Below are positions 30,759-41,877 of a stretch of DNA of 64,000 bases, piece by piece. The position numbers were made by a program, and so were the translations under genes. The stretch is taken from assembly GCA_012032285.1 (NCBI GenBank), contig JAAURJ010000009.1, positions 2,269-66,268 on the forward strand, in the 5' to 3' direction. The notes beneath the pieces are model-generated. The model did no database searches. It saw only the letters and a program-made list of their open reading frames with translations, and was not told the DNA's origin. The DNA is from Sphingomonadales bacterium (GTDB taxonomy: Bacteria > Pseudomonadota > Alphaproteobacteria > Sphingomonadales > Sphingomonadaceae). Position 1 is the first letter of the stretch. Each line of letters begins with the position of its first letter.

Positions 30759-31634
30759 ATGGCCAGCTTAAAGGCACTCAAAATCCGGATTAACTCGGTC
30801 AAATCGACCCAGAAGATCACAAAGGCGAAGAAAATGGTCGCTGCTGCTAAACTGCGCCGAGCGCAGGAGGCGGCAGAGGCTGCTCGCCCCTATGCCGAGC
30901 GGCTGGCCGCTGTCATGGGGTCCATCGCCGGAAAAGTGACAGGCGATAGTGCGCCCAAACTGCTCGCTGGAACCGGCAGTGAGCAGCGCCATTTTATCGT
31001 GGTTATCAACACCGACAAGGGACTGTGCGGCGGGTTGAACTCCAACATCGTCAAAGAGGCAAAACTGCAAGCCAAAGCGCTGATCAATGCGGGCAAGCAG
31101 GTGCAATTTTACCTGGTCGGTAAAAAAGGCCTAGCCCCTATTAAGCGCGACTATGCAAAGCAGATTGAAAAGCAATTCGATACCTCCACGGTCCGCAATC
31201 TGGGCTTTGAACAGGCCGAAGCGATTACCGCTGAATTGCTGGCGCTGTTTGATGAGGGCAAATTTGATGTCGTGCACCTAGTGTATCCCAAGTTCAAATC
31301 CGCCTTATCACAGGATCCGACAACGGTTCAATTGATCCCCGTCCCATCCCCCGAAGCCGCCGAAAGCGCCGCAGTGGGCGCTTCTGTTGAATATGAACCA
31401 AGCGAAGAAGAAATTCTGGAAGACCTCGCCCCGCGCTATGTGAAAACCCAGATTTTTGGATCGCTATTGGAACGCGAAGCATCCGAACAAGGCGCGTCAA
31501 TGACCGCCATGGACAATGCCACGCGCAACGCCGGCGACATGATCAACAAATTGACCATCGAATATAACCGCCAACGTCAGGCGGCGATTACCACCGAACT
31601 CGTAGAAATTATCTCTGGCGCAGAAGCGCTCTAA
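30759..31634 (+). CDS. atpG: ATP synthase F1 gamma
   Basis: [35 protein letters not shown]. Confidence 0.98.
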   Translation: MASLKALKIRINSVKSTQKITKAKKMVAAAKLRRAQEAAEAARPYAERLAAVMGSIAGKVTGDSAPKLLAGTGSEQRHFIVVINTDKGLCGGLNSNIVKEAKLQAKALINAGKQVQFYLVGKKGLAPIKRDYAKQIEKQFDTSTVRNLGFEQAEAITAELLALFDEGKFDVVHLVYPKFKSALSQDPTTVQLIPVPSPEAAESAAVGASVEYEPSEEEILEDLAPRYVKTQIFGSLLEREASEQGASMTAMDNATRNAGDMINKLTIEYNRQRQAAITTELVEIISGAEAL

Positions 31635-33167
<1,533 letters not shown>

Positions 33168-33212
33168 TTCCTTCTCTCCTTCGGGAGAGAGACCATTGAA
33201 GAGGCAAGAGTC

Positions 33213-33470
33213 ATGGCTTTGAAATTTGAACTCGTCACCCCTGAACGGCTTGTGCGCAGCGAAGATGTGCATATGGTTGTCGTGCCCGGCAGCGAAGGCG
33301 ATTTTGGCGTGCTGGAAGGGCATAGCCCGATGATGAGCACGATCCGCAGCGACGCAGCGGTCGAAATTTATGCCAGCGAAGGTGCGGCGCCCGAACGCAT
33401 TGCAATTGCCGGCGGCTTTGCCGAGGTGAATGACAAAGGCTTGACGATATTGGCCGAAAGCGTCGGTTAA
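33213..33470 (+). CDS. atpC: ATP synthase F1 epsilon (N-terminal beta domain only)
   Basis: [27 protein letters not shown]; stops after 85 aa. Confidence 0.95.
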   Translation: MALKFELVTPERLVRSEDVHMVVVPGSEGDFGVLEGHSPMMSTIRSDAAVEIYASEGAAPERIAIAGGFAEVNDKGLTILAESVG

Positions 33471-33522
33471 GGCATTAAATCGGTAATCCTGCGATCAGGA
33501 TGATCCAGCCGGGACAGGGTTG

Positions 33523-33552
33523 AAAAAAGGACGGTTAGCGCCGTCCTTTTTT
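33523..33552. terminator. Bidirectional intrinsic terminator after the atp operon
   Basis: AAAAAAGGACGG-TTAGCG-CCGTCCTTTTTT between convergent genes. Confidence 0.9.
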
Positions 33553-33555
33553 GTA

Positions 33556-34460
33556 TCAATCACCTTTTATATCAATTCCCCCTGCCCGTTTGCTGCGCCA
33601 TAAATATATGCCCGCGCCAATGATGATTGCTGCACCGGCCACCGATGTTGCATCCGGCCAATTGCCAAAAACAGCATTCCAAACATCATCGCCATAATGA
33701 TTTGAATATACACCATCGGGGCAACCTGCGCCGCGGATGCCCTTGTTGTGCCCAGATATACCAGAGCGTGGCTGAAGGAAGCGGTGACCGCGACAAGGGC
33801 GCAGCGGGCGACCACGCTCCAATCGGGCCAATCCACCTGTAACGGTTCCAATCCGCTGAAATGCCCGATCAACGCGGACAGGATCAAAAAAGGTGCGGCC
33901 ACCCCGGCGATCAAAAATTGCATTTGCAGCGCCGAACCGGCGGAGGCGACCTGCCGGTTACCGATCATCACCCCTGCCATGCCAAAGGCCGCAACCAACG
34001 GCAATAAAGCCGCCCAACCAAGCAGTTCAACATTGGGACGCAGGATGACAATAACCCCTGCAAAAGCCAGAATAGACGCGATCCATGTCGCCCGCGTAGC
34101 CCGCTCACCCAAAAAAAGCGCCGACAATAATGCGGTAATCATCGGGCTGGTAAACTGGATTGCGGTCGCTTCGGCCAGCGGCATCAGGAAAATTGCGCTG
34201 AAAAAACAAACAGTGGCGAGCGCCACCATTGAGCCGCGAAGCAACTGCGCCCTGACCATAGGTATATGAAAAGCCTGCCGTCCTTCCACTTTCCACAATA
34301 TCAGGCCAAGGCCCAATGCGCCTATCGTATAGCGAAGCGCCGCAATCGCCGTTCCCGGCCATTCGCCAGCGATAGATTTGATAACCGCATCGCCGACTGA
34401 CAAGCAGGCAAAGCCGCAAAGCGCCACAAGCGGGCCACTATTTGAAAAACGAGAGAGCAT
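33556..34460 (-). CDS. EamA/DMT transporter (apparent frameshift at run 33667-33671)
   Basis: Ten-TM DMT pattern (AEATAIQFTSP, GVIVILRP); one added T gives LFFGNWPD...IIIGAGIYL. Confidence 0.85.
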
Positions 34461-34610
34461 TATGATGCGCCAATTACCCCATATTATCACTGCCGTTTAG
34501 ATAAGCAGGATGATTATGCAAAGCCATTTGCCAGAAAGTGTTACGAGTTTGTTTACCATTTTACATTAGAGCCTTCGGACTAGTGTTTAACCAACAGGGA
34601 GCGGCCCGCA

Positions 34611-36131
34611 GTGAGCGCATTTGGCAAAAAACCGGGAATGGGTGGTTCACGCCCGTCTTTTGGCGTTGCAAGGCCGATGGGCGGCGGCGGCGGCAAAAAA
34701 CCCGTTGAAACAGAGGATAGGCATACGCAATCGGGCGGCGAGCAATTTCCTGCCATTGAATCGGTTGAACTGCCCGGCACTCCGTCCCCTTCCAAAGAAA
34801 AGGATGCGATGTCGCGTCTTGCTGACCGCGCATCTGCCTTAAATGATGCCCCGGCCGAAGTGGAAGGTTTCGAAGCGTCGGTTCACAAGATTAAAGAACA
34901 GGTGCTGCCTCGCCTGCTCGAACGTGTGGACCCCGAAGCTGCAGCGACGTTGAATAAGGAAGAGCTGACCGAAGAATTCCGGCCAATCATATTGGAAGTG
35001 CTGGCCGAGCTCAAACTCACACTCAACCGGCGCGAACAATTTGTGCTGGAAAAGGTGCTGGTGGACGAACTGCTTGGCTTTGGTCCGCTGGAGGAGTTGC
35101 TGTCCGACCCGGAGATTTCCGATATCATGGTCAACGGCCCGGCACAGACCTATATTGAGAAAAGCGGTAAACTCCAGATCGCTCCGATCCAGTTCCGCGA
35201 TGAGGAGCATTTGTTCCAGATTGCCCAGCGCATCGTGAACCAGGTCGGCCGCCGCGTTGACCAGACTACACCGCTCGCCGATGCCCGTTTGAAAGACGGA
35301 TCACGTGTGAACGTTATCGTACCGCCATTGTCATTGCGCGGTACAGCAATCTCGATTCGTAAATTCTCCGAAAAACCGATCACCCTTGATATGCTCAAAA
35401 ACTGGGGTGCAATGGATGAGAAAATGTGCACCGCGTTGAAAATTGCGGGGGCTTGCCGGATGAATATCGTTATTTCCGGCGGTACTGGTTCGGGTAAAAC
35501 GACCATGCTTAACGCATTGTCGAAAATGATCGACCCAGGCGAGCGCGTTTTGACGATCGAGGATGCGGCTGAGCTTCGCCTTCAACAGCCGCACTGGCTA
35601 CCACTCGAAACCCGCCCGCCGAATCTGGAAGGCCAAGGTGCGATTACCATCGGCGATCTTGTGAAAAACGCCCTGCGTATGCGTCCTGACCGCATCATCC
35701 TAGGTGAGATTCGCGGCGCGGAATGCTTCGACTTGTTGGCTGCGATGAACACAGGCCATGATGGCTCCATGTGTACGCTTCACGCCAATAACCCGCGCGA
35801 ATGCCTGGGCCGTATGGAAAATATGATCCTGATGGGCGACATAAAAATCCCCAAAGAAGCTATTTCCCGCCAGATTGCCGAATCGGTAGATATCATCGTT
35901 CAAATTAAACGTTTGCGCGATGGCTCTCGCCGTGTGACCCACATTACCGAAGTGATCGGAATGGAAGGCGATGTGATCGTGACGCAGGAGCTATTCAAAT
36001 TCGAATATCGCAGCGAAGACGATAATGGCAAAATCGCCGGTGAATATGTCCCCGGCGGCGTGCGCCCCTATACCTTGGAAAAAGCACGCCAATTTGGTTT
36101 TGACCAACCTTTTTTAGAAGCCTGCCTGTAA
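34611..36131 (+). CDS. cpaF: CpaF/TadA family pilus assembly ATPase
   Basis: GFGPLE, DARLKDGSRVN, SGGTGSGKTT, IEDAAEL, LRMRPDRIILGE.RG.E, NTGHDGS..TLHAN. Confidence 0.93.
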   Translation: MSAFGKKPGMGGSRPSFGVARPMGGGGGKKPVETEDRHTQSGGEQFPAIESVELPGTPSPSKEKDAMSRLADRASALNDAPAEVEGFEASVHKIKEQVLPRLLERVDPEAAATLNKEELTEEFRPIILEVLAELKLTLNRREQFVLEKVLVDELLGFGPLEELLSDPEISDIMVNGPAQTYIEKSGKLQIAPIQFRDEEHLFQIAQRIVNQVGRRVDQTTPLADARLKDGSRVNVIVPPLSLRGTAISIRKFSEKPITLDMLKNWGAMDEKMCTALKIAGACRMNIVISGGTGSGKTTMLNALSKMIDPGERVLTIEDAAELRLQQPHWLPLETRPPNLEGQGAITIGDLVKNALRMRPDRIILGEIRGAECFDLLAAMNTGHDGSMCTLHANNPRECLGRMENMILMGDIKIPKEAISRQIAESVDIIVQIKRLRDGSRRVTHITEVIGMEGDVIVTQELFKFEYRSEDDNGKIAGEYVPGGVRPYTLEKARQFGFDQPFLEACL

Positions 36132-36133
36132 CA

Positions 36134-36367
36134 TCATCCACCAAATTCAGTTTTAATCGTCATCGCAATCGCCGCAATGGTAATGAATATGCCGAGAACG
36201 GATAGGCCCGTCCACGGCATGAAACCGACATTTTCCAGATTGATCCGCCTTGCCCGCTTGCGATCCGCAAAGATAGCGGTGCACGAAGATAGAGCCGCCA
36301 TGATGGCGATTGTCATCCATAGATGATCCTCCAGCCAAGCCGATAAAATTTCCGATAGCATTGTCAT
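36134..36367 (-). CDS. Small two-TM membrane protein
   Basis: Two hydrophobic segments around ADRKRARRINLENVGFMPW; fills the gap between cpaF and the DMT gene. Confidence 0.6.
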   Translation of the reverse strand: MTMLSEILSAWLEDHLWMTIAIMAALSSCTAIFADRKRARRINLENVGFMPWTGLSVLGIFITIAAIAMTIKTEFGG

Positions 36368-36450
36368 TACGCCTTGCCATCTGGTGCCGGTTTGCAGTTT
36401 GTGCAAGCCTTTGAGTAGTCAAAGGCCATGATTTAACCTATCGCCGCGCT

Positions 36451-37359
36451 ATGAAGCCCTTATTTCCTAACTTATCGGCAACCTACACGTCTCAAAACAG
36501 GGCGATGCTTGGCATCATCCTGCGGTTGATGGCGATGGCGGCGCTGGGCGTGATGTTTGCGCTGGTAAAGCTTGCGGGGGAAGCGGGCGTCCATTTCGGC
36601 GAAAGCCTTTTCTGGCGACAATTGGCGGGGTTGCCTGTCGTTATAGTATGGCTGTGGTGGAATGATGATCTGAAAGCTATAAAAAGCAAAAGGCCGTCAC
36701 TACACGCGCTCCGCATGACATTGGGATTGTCGGCCATGGCGCTCAATTTTTGGGCGATGACATTGCTTCCGATGGCAGAGGCTACAACGCTTAGCTTTGC
36801 CACACCGATATTTGCCACCATGCTGGCAGCGTTATTGTTGCGCGAACAAACCGGGCTTTACAGGTGGGCGGCAATATTAACCGGATTTGCGGGGATAGTG
36901 TTTGCCATCCGTCCGGGCGGCAGCGCAATTGATCCTTTTGGCGCGATGGTCGGATTATCCGGTGCACTGATGACCGCTGCCGTCACGATCCAGCTGCGCC
37001 GCATGGCCCGCAGTGAAACAACAGGGGCAATTGTTTTCTGGTTCAGCCTCACTTCGCTTTTGCCTCTCGGCCTATTGATGCTGTTCGTTGCCAAGGCGCA
37101 TGACGGACAGGCCTGGGCCTATATTGCGGGGCTTAGCCTAGCGGGGGCAGTGGCGCAGATATTATTGACCGCAGCGCTGCGCCATGCCCCTGTTGCAGCG
37201 GTGCTGACCATGGACTATAGCGGCCTGATTTGGTCCGTGCTCTTTGGGATAGTGATATTTGGCGCTATTCCGGGACCAACTGTGTGGATCGGAGCGCCTG
37301 TTATCATATTGGCCGGTATATTTATCGCATGGCGTGAACATTATCTGGCAAAATCATGA
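36451..37359 (+). CDS. EamA/DMT transporter
   Basis: Ten TM; LPMAEATTLSF..P, LREQTGLYRW, MDYSGLIW. Confidence 0.88.
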   Translation: MKPLFPNLSATYTSQNRAMLGIILRLMAMAALGVMFALVKLAGEAGVHFGESLFWRQLAGLPVVIVWLWWNDDLKAIKSKRPSLHALRMTLGLSAMALNFWAMTLLPMAEATTLSFATPIFATMLAALLLREQTGLYRWAAILTGFAGIVFAIRPGGSAIDPFGAMVGLSGALMTAAVTIQLRRMARSETTGAIVFWFSLTSLLPLGLLMLFVAKAHDGQAWAYIAGLSLAGAVAQILLTAALRHAPVAAVLTMDYSGLIWSVLFGIVIFGAIPGPTVWIGAPVIILAGIFIAWREHYLAKS

Positions 37360-38190
37360 TCAACAGCGATTGACTTTCCCCGATATGTCACAGCGGTTCA
37401 AATGCACAGGTATCTGGGCGCGGACAGTGTCGATACGGGACCGATCAATCTCTGCATAGCCAATGCCAACGGCTTCGCCCATGTCGAGCAATATTTCTCC
37501 CCAAGGATCAATGACTAGCGAGTGGCCATAGGTTTCACGGCCGTCTTCATGCTGTCCCGATTGCGCCGCCGCGACAATGAAGGCCGCATTTTCAATCGCC
37601 CTTGCCCGCAGCAGCGTGTGCCAATGGGCCTGTCCCGTCGGACGGGTAAAGGCGGCCGGTACCGCAAATATATCCGCGCCCGCCCTAGCCAGACGGCTAT
37701 AAAGTTCGGGAAAACGCAAATCATAACAGATAGATAAGCCCATTTGACCTAGCGGCATATCCACCAGTACCGCCTCCTGTCCCGCTATATAAGCCGATGA
37801 TTCGCGCCAAGTCTCCCCGCTTTGCAAGTCAACATCAAATAAATGCATTTTGTCATATCGGGCACGCACTTGTCCTGACGGATCAATGATCAGGCTTCTA
37901 TTGGCGAATTTACCCGGTTCCCTATCGGACTGCACCGCTATCGAACCCAGATGCACCCAGATAGCAGACGCGCGGGCGGCATCGCTGATTGCAGCTATGA
38001 TCCTTGATTCGTTTTCAGGTGTGATAAGAATCTTTGCTCGCAACCGGTCGCGATCAAGCAAGCCGCTCATTTCTGGGGCAAAATAACAAATGGCGCCCGA
38101 TTTAGACGCATCTGCAATAGCCGATTGCATTGCCGCGACATTATCTTGCGGATTTATCCCGCTGCACATTTGATGAATAGCTATTTTCAT
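37360..38190 (-). CDS. Carbon-nitrogen hydrolase (Nit1-like amidase)
   Basis: FAPEM (Glu), YDKMHLFD (Lys), ICYDLRFPE (Cys), ARAIEN, YGHS. Confidence 0.92.
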   Translation of the reverse strand: MKIAIHQMCSGINPQDNVAAMQSAIADASKSGAICYFAPEMSGLLDRDRLRAKILITPENESRIIAAISDAARASAIWVHLGSIAVQSDREPGKFANRSLIIDPSGQVRARYDKMHLFDVDLQSGETWRESSAYIAGQEAVLVDMPLGQMGLSICYDLRFPELYSRLARAGADIFAVPAAFTRPTGQAHWHTLLRARAIENAAFIVAAAQSGQHEDGRETYGHSLVIDPWGEILLDMGEAVGIGYAEIDRSRIDTVRAQIPVHLNRCDISGKVNRC

Positions 38191-38396
38191 ATAGTCGCTT
38201 TACTATAATATCATTGGAAGTGATTTTATCTGCTCCCTTTACCAATGCACAAGCCCATAATTTTTTGTGGCGAAGCGGCAACAGGACGGAAAAATAAGAC
38301 AAATTATGTAAAATTATACCCTAAGGGTTGAAATATCTGCCCCTTTGTGTAGAAGCTTTTCTTGAGCTACCACTCAACGAAATAATAAGGAGCATA

Positions 38397-38654
38397 ATGA
38401 TGCGTTTCGGTAAAAACTCTCTCGCCGCTGTTGCGGCAGCAACCTTGGTGTTAGCACCAACAGTTGCACAAGCTGCACCTGCTGCAAAAGCGGCAGCGAC
38501 TCAGGTACAGCGCGCTGGCGCCTCGCTTCAGGATGAAAATAAACTTGAAGGCGGCACCGGGATTATTCTCGCTATTTTGGCTGCTGCAGCTATTATTGCA
38601 GGCATCGTTATTGCTGCTGACAATGAAGATGATACCCCAACCAGCCCAGGCTGA
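38397..38654 (+). CDS. Small exported or membrane hypothetical protein
   Basis: AAGGAG RBS; signal peptide ending AQA; C-terminal hydrophobic helix plus acidic tail PTSPG; own terminator. Confidence 0.75.
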   Translation: MMRFGKNSLAAVAAATLVLAPTVAQAAPAAKAAATQVQRAGASLQDENKLEGGTGIILAILAAAAIIAGIVIAADNEDDTPTSPG

Positions 38655-38673
38655 GTTTTGGTGAAGTGATTCG

Positions 38674-38702
38674 AAAAGGCGGCCAATCGGTCGCCTTTTT
38701 TT
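38674..38702 (+). terminator. Intrinsic terminator
   Basis: AAAAGGCGGCC-AATC-GGTCGCC-TTTTTTT. Confidence 0.85.
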
Positions 38703-38768
38703 GCTCTAATTTCCCGATTCGCCTGATTTGGGTGATTCGATCATAGAGATGGATGTTTGGGAACCGTT

Positions 38769-39775
38769 ATGACTGCGGCAAAAAACAATTTCAAAATATT
38801 GGTGACTGGCGGCGCGGGCTATATCGGTAGCCACGCAGTGCTGGCATTGAAAGATGCGGGATGGACGCCGGTGGTGATCGACAATCTGACCACCGGTTTT
38901 CGCTGGGCCGTCCCTGATGACGTGATTTTTGTTGAAGGTGATATTGAGGATTCTGCCCTAGTCGCGCAAATCATAGCACAACAGAATATCGGCGCGATTA
39001 TGCATTTTGCTGGTTCAATCATCGTTCCTGAATCGGTCGAAAACCCATTAAAATATTATCATAATAACACCGTAAAGAGCCGGGCGTTGATTGAATCGGC
39101 TGTTAATGGCGGCGTTAAGCATTTCATTTTCTCTTCCACCGCCGCCACCTATGGCGTGCCAGAGGAAAGCCCTGTGCGTGAAGATACGCCAACCCTGCCG
39201 ATCAATCCCTATGGTCTGTCAAAATTGATGACCGAATATATGCTGCGCGATGTCGCCGCGGCGCATGATTTAACTATTGTGCGCTGCGTTATTTCAACGT
39301 GGCAGGCGCGGATCCACAGGCGCGGACCGGACAATCCACCGCAGGAGCCACCCATTTGATCAAGGTCGCAGTGGAAGCCGCGCTCGGCAAAAGGGACAAG
39401 GTTGCGGTGTTCGGCACCGATTTCGGTACAGCCGATGGCACGGGCGTGCGCGACTATATCCACGTCAGCGACCTTGCCGCCGCCCATGTCAAGGCGTTGA
39501 AGGCGTTGATAGCAGACCCGAAACGCTGCCATACGCTCAATTGCGGATATGGCCGGGGCTTTTCGGTGTTGCAAGTGCTGGACGCGGTTGACCGTGTCAC
39601 CAACCAGAAAATAACCCGTGAACTTCAAGGCCGCCGTGCAGGCGATCCCGATTCGTTGATTTCAGATAATAGAGCCATAATGGACCATTTTGGTTGGACG
39701 CCGCAATATGCCGATCTGGACACCATCGTAGCCCACGCGTTAGCATGGGAAAGGCAATTGGAAGAGCGTGGGTAA
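38769..39775 (+). CDS. galE: UDP-glucose 4-epimerase (apparent frameshift at T-run 39269-39271)
   Basis: ILVTGGAGYIGSH, FSSTAATYG, PYGLSK; one added T gives DFNYCALRYFNVAGAD; RDYIHVSDLA. Confidence 0.93.
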
Positions 39776-39803
39776 AGCCACTATTACCCTATTCGCCGCT
39801 CCC

Positions 39804-39832
39804 CTTGCGCTTTGGGATGATTGATCCCATAT
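39804..39832 (+). promoter_or_regulatory. RpoH (sigma32)-type promoter of hslVU
   Basis: CTTG-N18-CCCATAT directly upstream of hslV, matching the alphaproteobacterial heat-shock promoter consensus. Confidence 0.7.
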
Positions 39833-39839
39833 CCGCAGC

Positions 39840-40405
39840 ATGAGTAACGATCCCCACCACGCCGCGCCGGTCTGGCATGGCACCACTATTCTGTCTGTCC
39901 GAAAAATGGAAAAGTCGTCATCGCTGGTGATGGACAGGTTTCCATGGGACAAACAGTGATGAAACCCAATGCCAAAAAAGTCCGCCAATTGCACGATGGA
40001 TCGGTGATTGGCGGATTTGCAGGTGCGACCGCCGATGCTTTCACCCTGTTTGAAAGGCTGGAACGCAAGTTGGAGCAGCATCGCGGCCAATTGATGCGGG
40101 CGGCGGTTGATTTGGCAAAGGATTGGCGCACCGACAAATATTTGCGCAATTTAGAAGCGATGATGATTGTCGCGGACAAGGATGTAACCTTGATCCTGAC
40201 CGGCAATGGCGATGTGCTGGAACCGCTCGACGGCATTGCAGCCATCGGTTCGGGCGGCAATTATGCCCTGTCGGCTGCCCGCGCATTGATGGAATATGAA
40301 AAAGACGCCGAAAAACTGTCGCGTAAAGCCATGGCCGTTGCCGCCGATATTTGCGTATATACCAATGATCAATTGACAGTAGAGACACTGGATAGCGTCT
40401 CCTGA
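39840..40405 (+). CDS. hslV: ATP-dependent protease subunit HslV (apparent frameshift at A-run 39902-39906)
   Basis: [14 protein letters not shown], one added A gives [16 protein letters not shown]; [20 protein letters not shown]. Confidence 0.93.
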
Positions 40406-40428
40406 CCCTTCCCTTGACTGGAAAAGCT

Positions 40429-41729
40429 ATGAACAATTCCCTTACGCCCAAAGCCATTGTTGCGGCACTTGACGAACATATTATTGGCCAATCAGACGCG
40501 AAACGAGCGGTTGCCGTCGCGCTGCGCAACCGGTGGCGCAGGCAGCGTCTGTCGGCGGAGCTTCGCAATGAGGTGACACCGAAAAACATCTTGATGATCG
40601 GCCCCACCGGATGCGGAAAGACAGAGATTAGCCGACGTTTAGCCAAGCTTGCCGACGCACCTTTTATCAAGATTGAAGCGACCAAATTTACCGAGGTTGG
40701 CTATGTCGGACGCGATGTCGAACAAATCGCACGCGATTTAGCCGAAGAAGCCGTACGGCTGGAAAAAGACCGCCGCCGCGAATTGGTTCGTGAGGCCGCC
40801 GAAAAAGCGGCGATGGAGCGCCTGCTTAAACCGCTGGCTGGTGAAACGGCAAGCGAGGCAACGCGGGAGGCATTCCGCCAGCGTATCGTCGATCACCATA
40901 TGGATGATGTGGAAATTGAAATTGAGGTCGCCGATACCCCCAATGCCCAGATGGAAATTCCGGGTATGGGCGGCAATATTGGCATGATCAACTTGTCCGA
41001 TATGATGGGTAAGGCCTTTGGCGGTGACCGGCTGAAACGCCGCAAGATGAAAGTCCCCGATGCTTGGGCCAAACTGGTCGAAGAAGAATCGGAAAAAGGC
41101 TGGATCAGGATGATGTCGCCCGCACCGCGCTTGCCGATGCGGAGGCCAATGGCATTGTCTTCCTTGACGAGATTGACAAGATCGCGGTCAGCGATGTGCG
41201 CGGCGGATCGGTAAGCCGGGAAGGCGTGCAACGCGACCTGCTGCCGCTGATCGAGGGTACCACTGTCGCCACCAAATATGGTCCGATGAAAACCGACCAT
41301 GTGCTGTTCATCGCATCCGGGGCGTTTCATGTGTCCAAACCCTCCGATATGCTGCCCGAACTCCAGGGCCGGTTGCCGATACGTGTGGAGCTTCGCGCAC
41401 TGACGCAGGAGGATTTTGTCCGGATATTGTCAGAAACAAAGGCCAATCTTGTCGAACAATATACCGCGCTTATCGGCACCGAAGAAGTAACGTTGGAATT
41501 TACCGATGATGCTATTAAAGCCATCGCGAAACTGGCCGCTGATGTGAATGACAGCGTCGAAAATATTGGCGCCCGCCGGTTGCAAACCGTGATGGAAAAG
41601 CTGCTCGAAGAGGTCAGTTTCGGGGCCGAGGATCGCAAGGGCGAAATGTTAAGGATCGACGCCACTTATGTCGAAAACCAGCTGTCGGGTATTGCGAAGG
41701 ACAGCGATCTGTCGAAATATGTTTTATAG
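40429..41729 (+). CDS. hslU: ATP-dependent protease ATPase HslU (apparent frameshift at A-run 41093-41097)
   Basis: [39 protein letters not shown]. Confidence 0.95.
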
Positions 41730-41766
41730 GCTTAGTGTAAAAACCTATTAGATTACCTATTCGACA

Positions 41767-41854
41767 GTCATTGCGATCCTTTGAAAGCGGCGCGGCATTC
41801 GCATTGGGCTAACACAGCGCTCAATTGCTGCATCGCTGCGCTCTTGATAATGAC
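41767..41854. repeat. Degenerate REP doublet (GTCATTGCGA...AATGAC type)
   Basis: Left GTCATTGCGA...CGGCGCGGCATTC; right AATTGCTGCATCGCTGCGCTCTTGATAATGAC; lies between convergent hslU and the M16 gene. Confidence 0.55.
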
Positions 41855-41877
41855 CTATGTTGGTTGGACAGGCGGCA

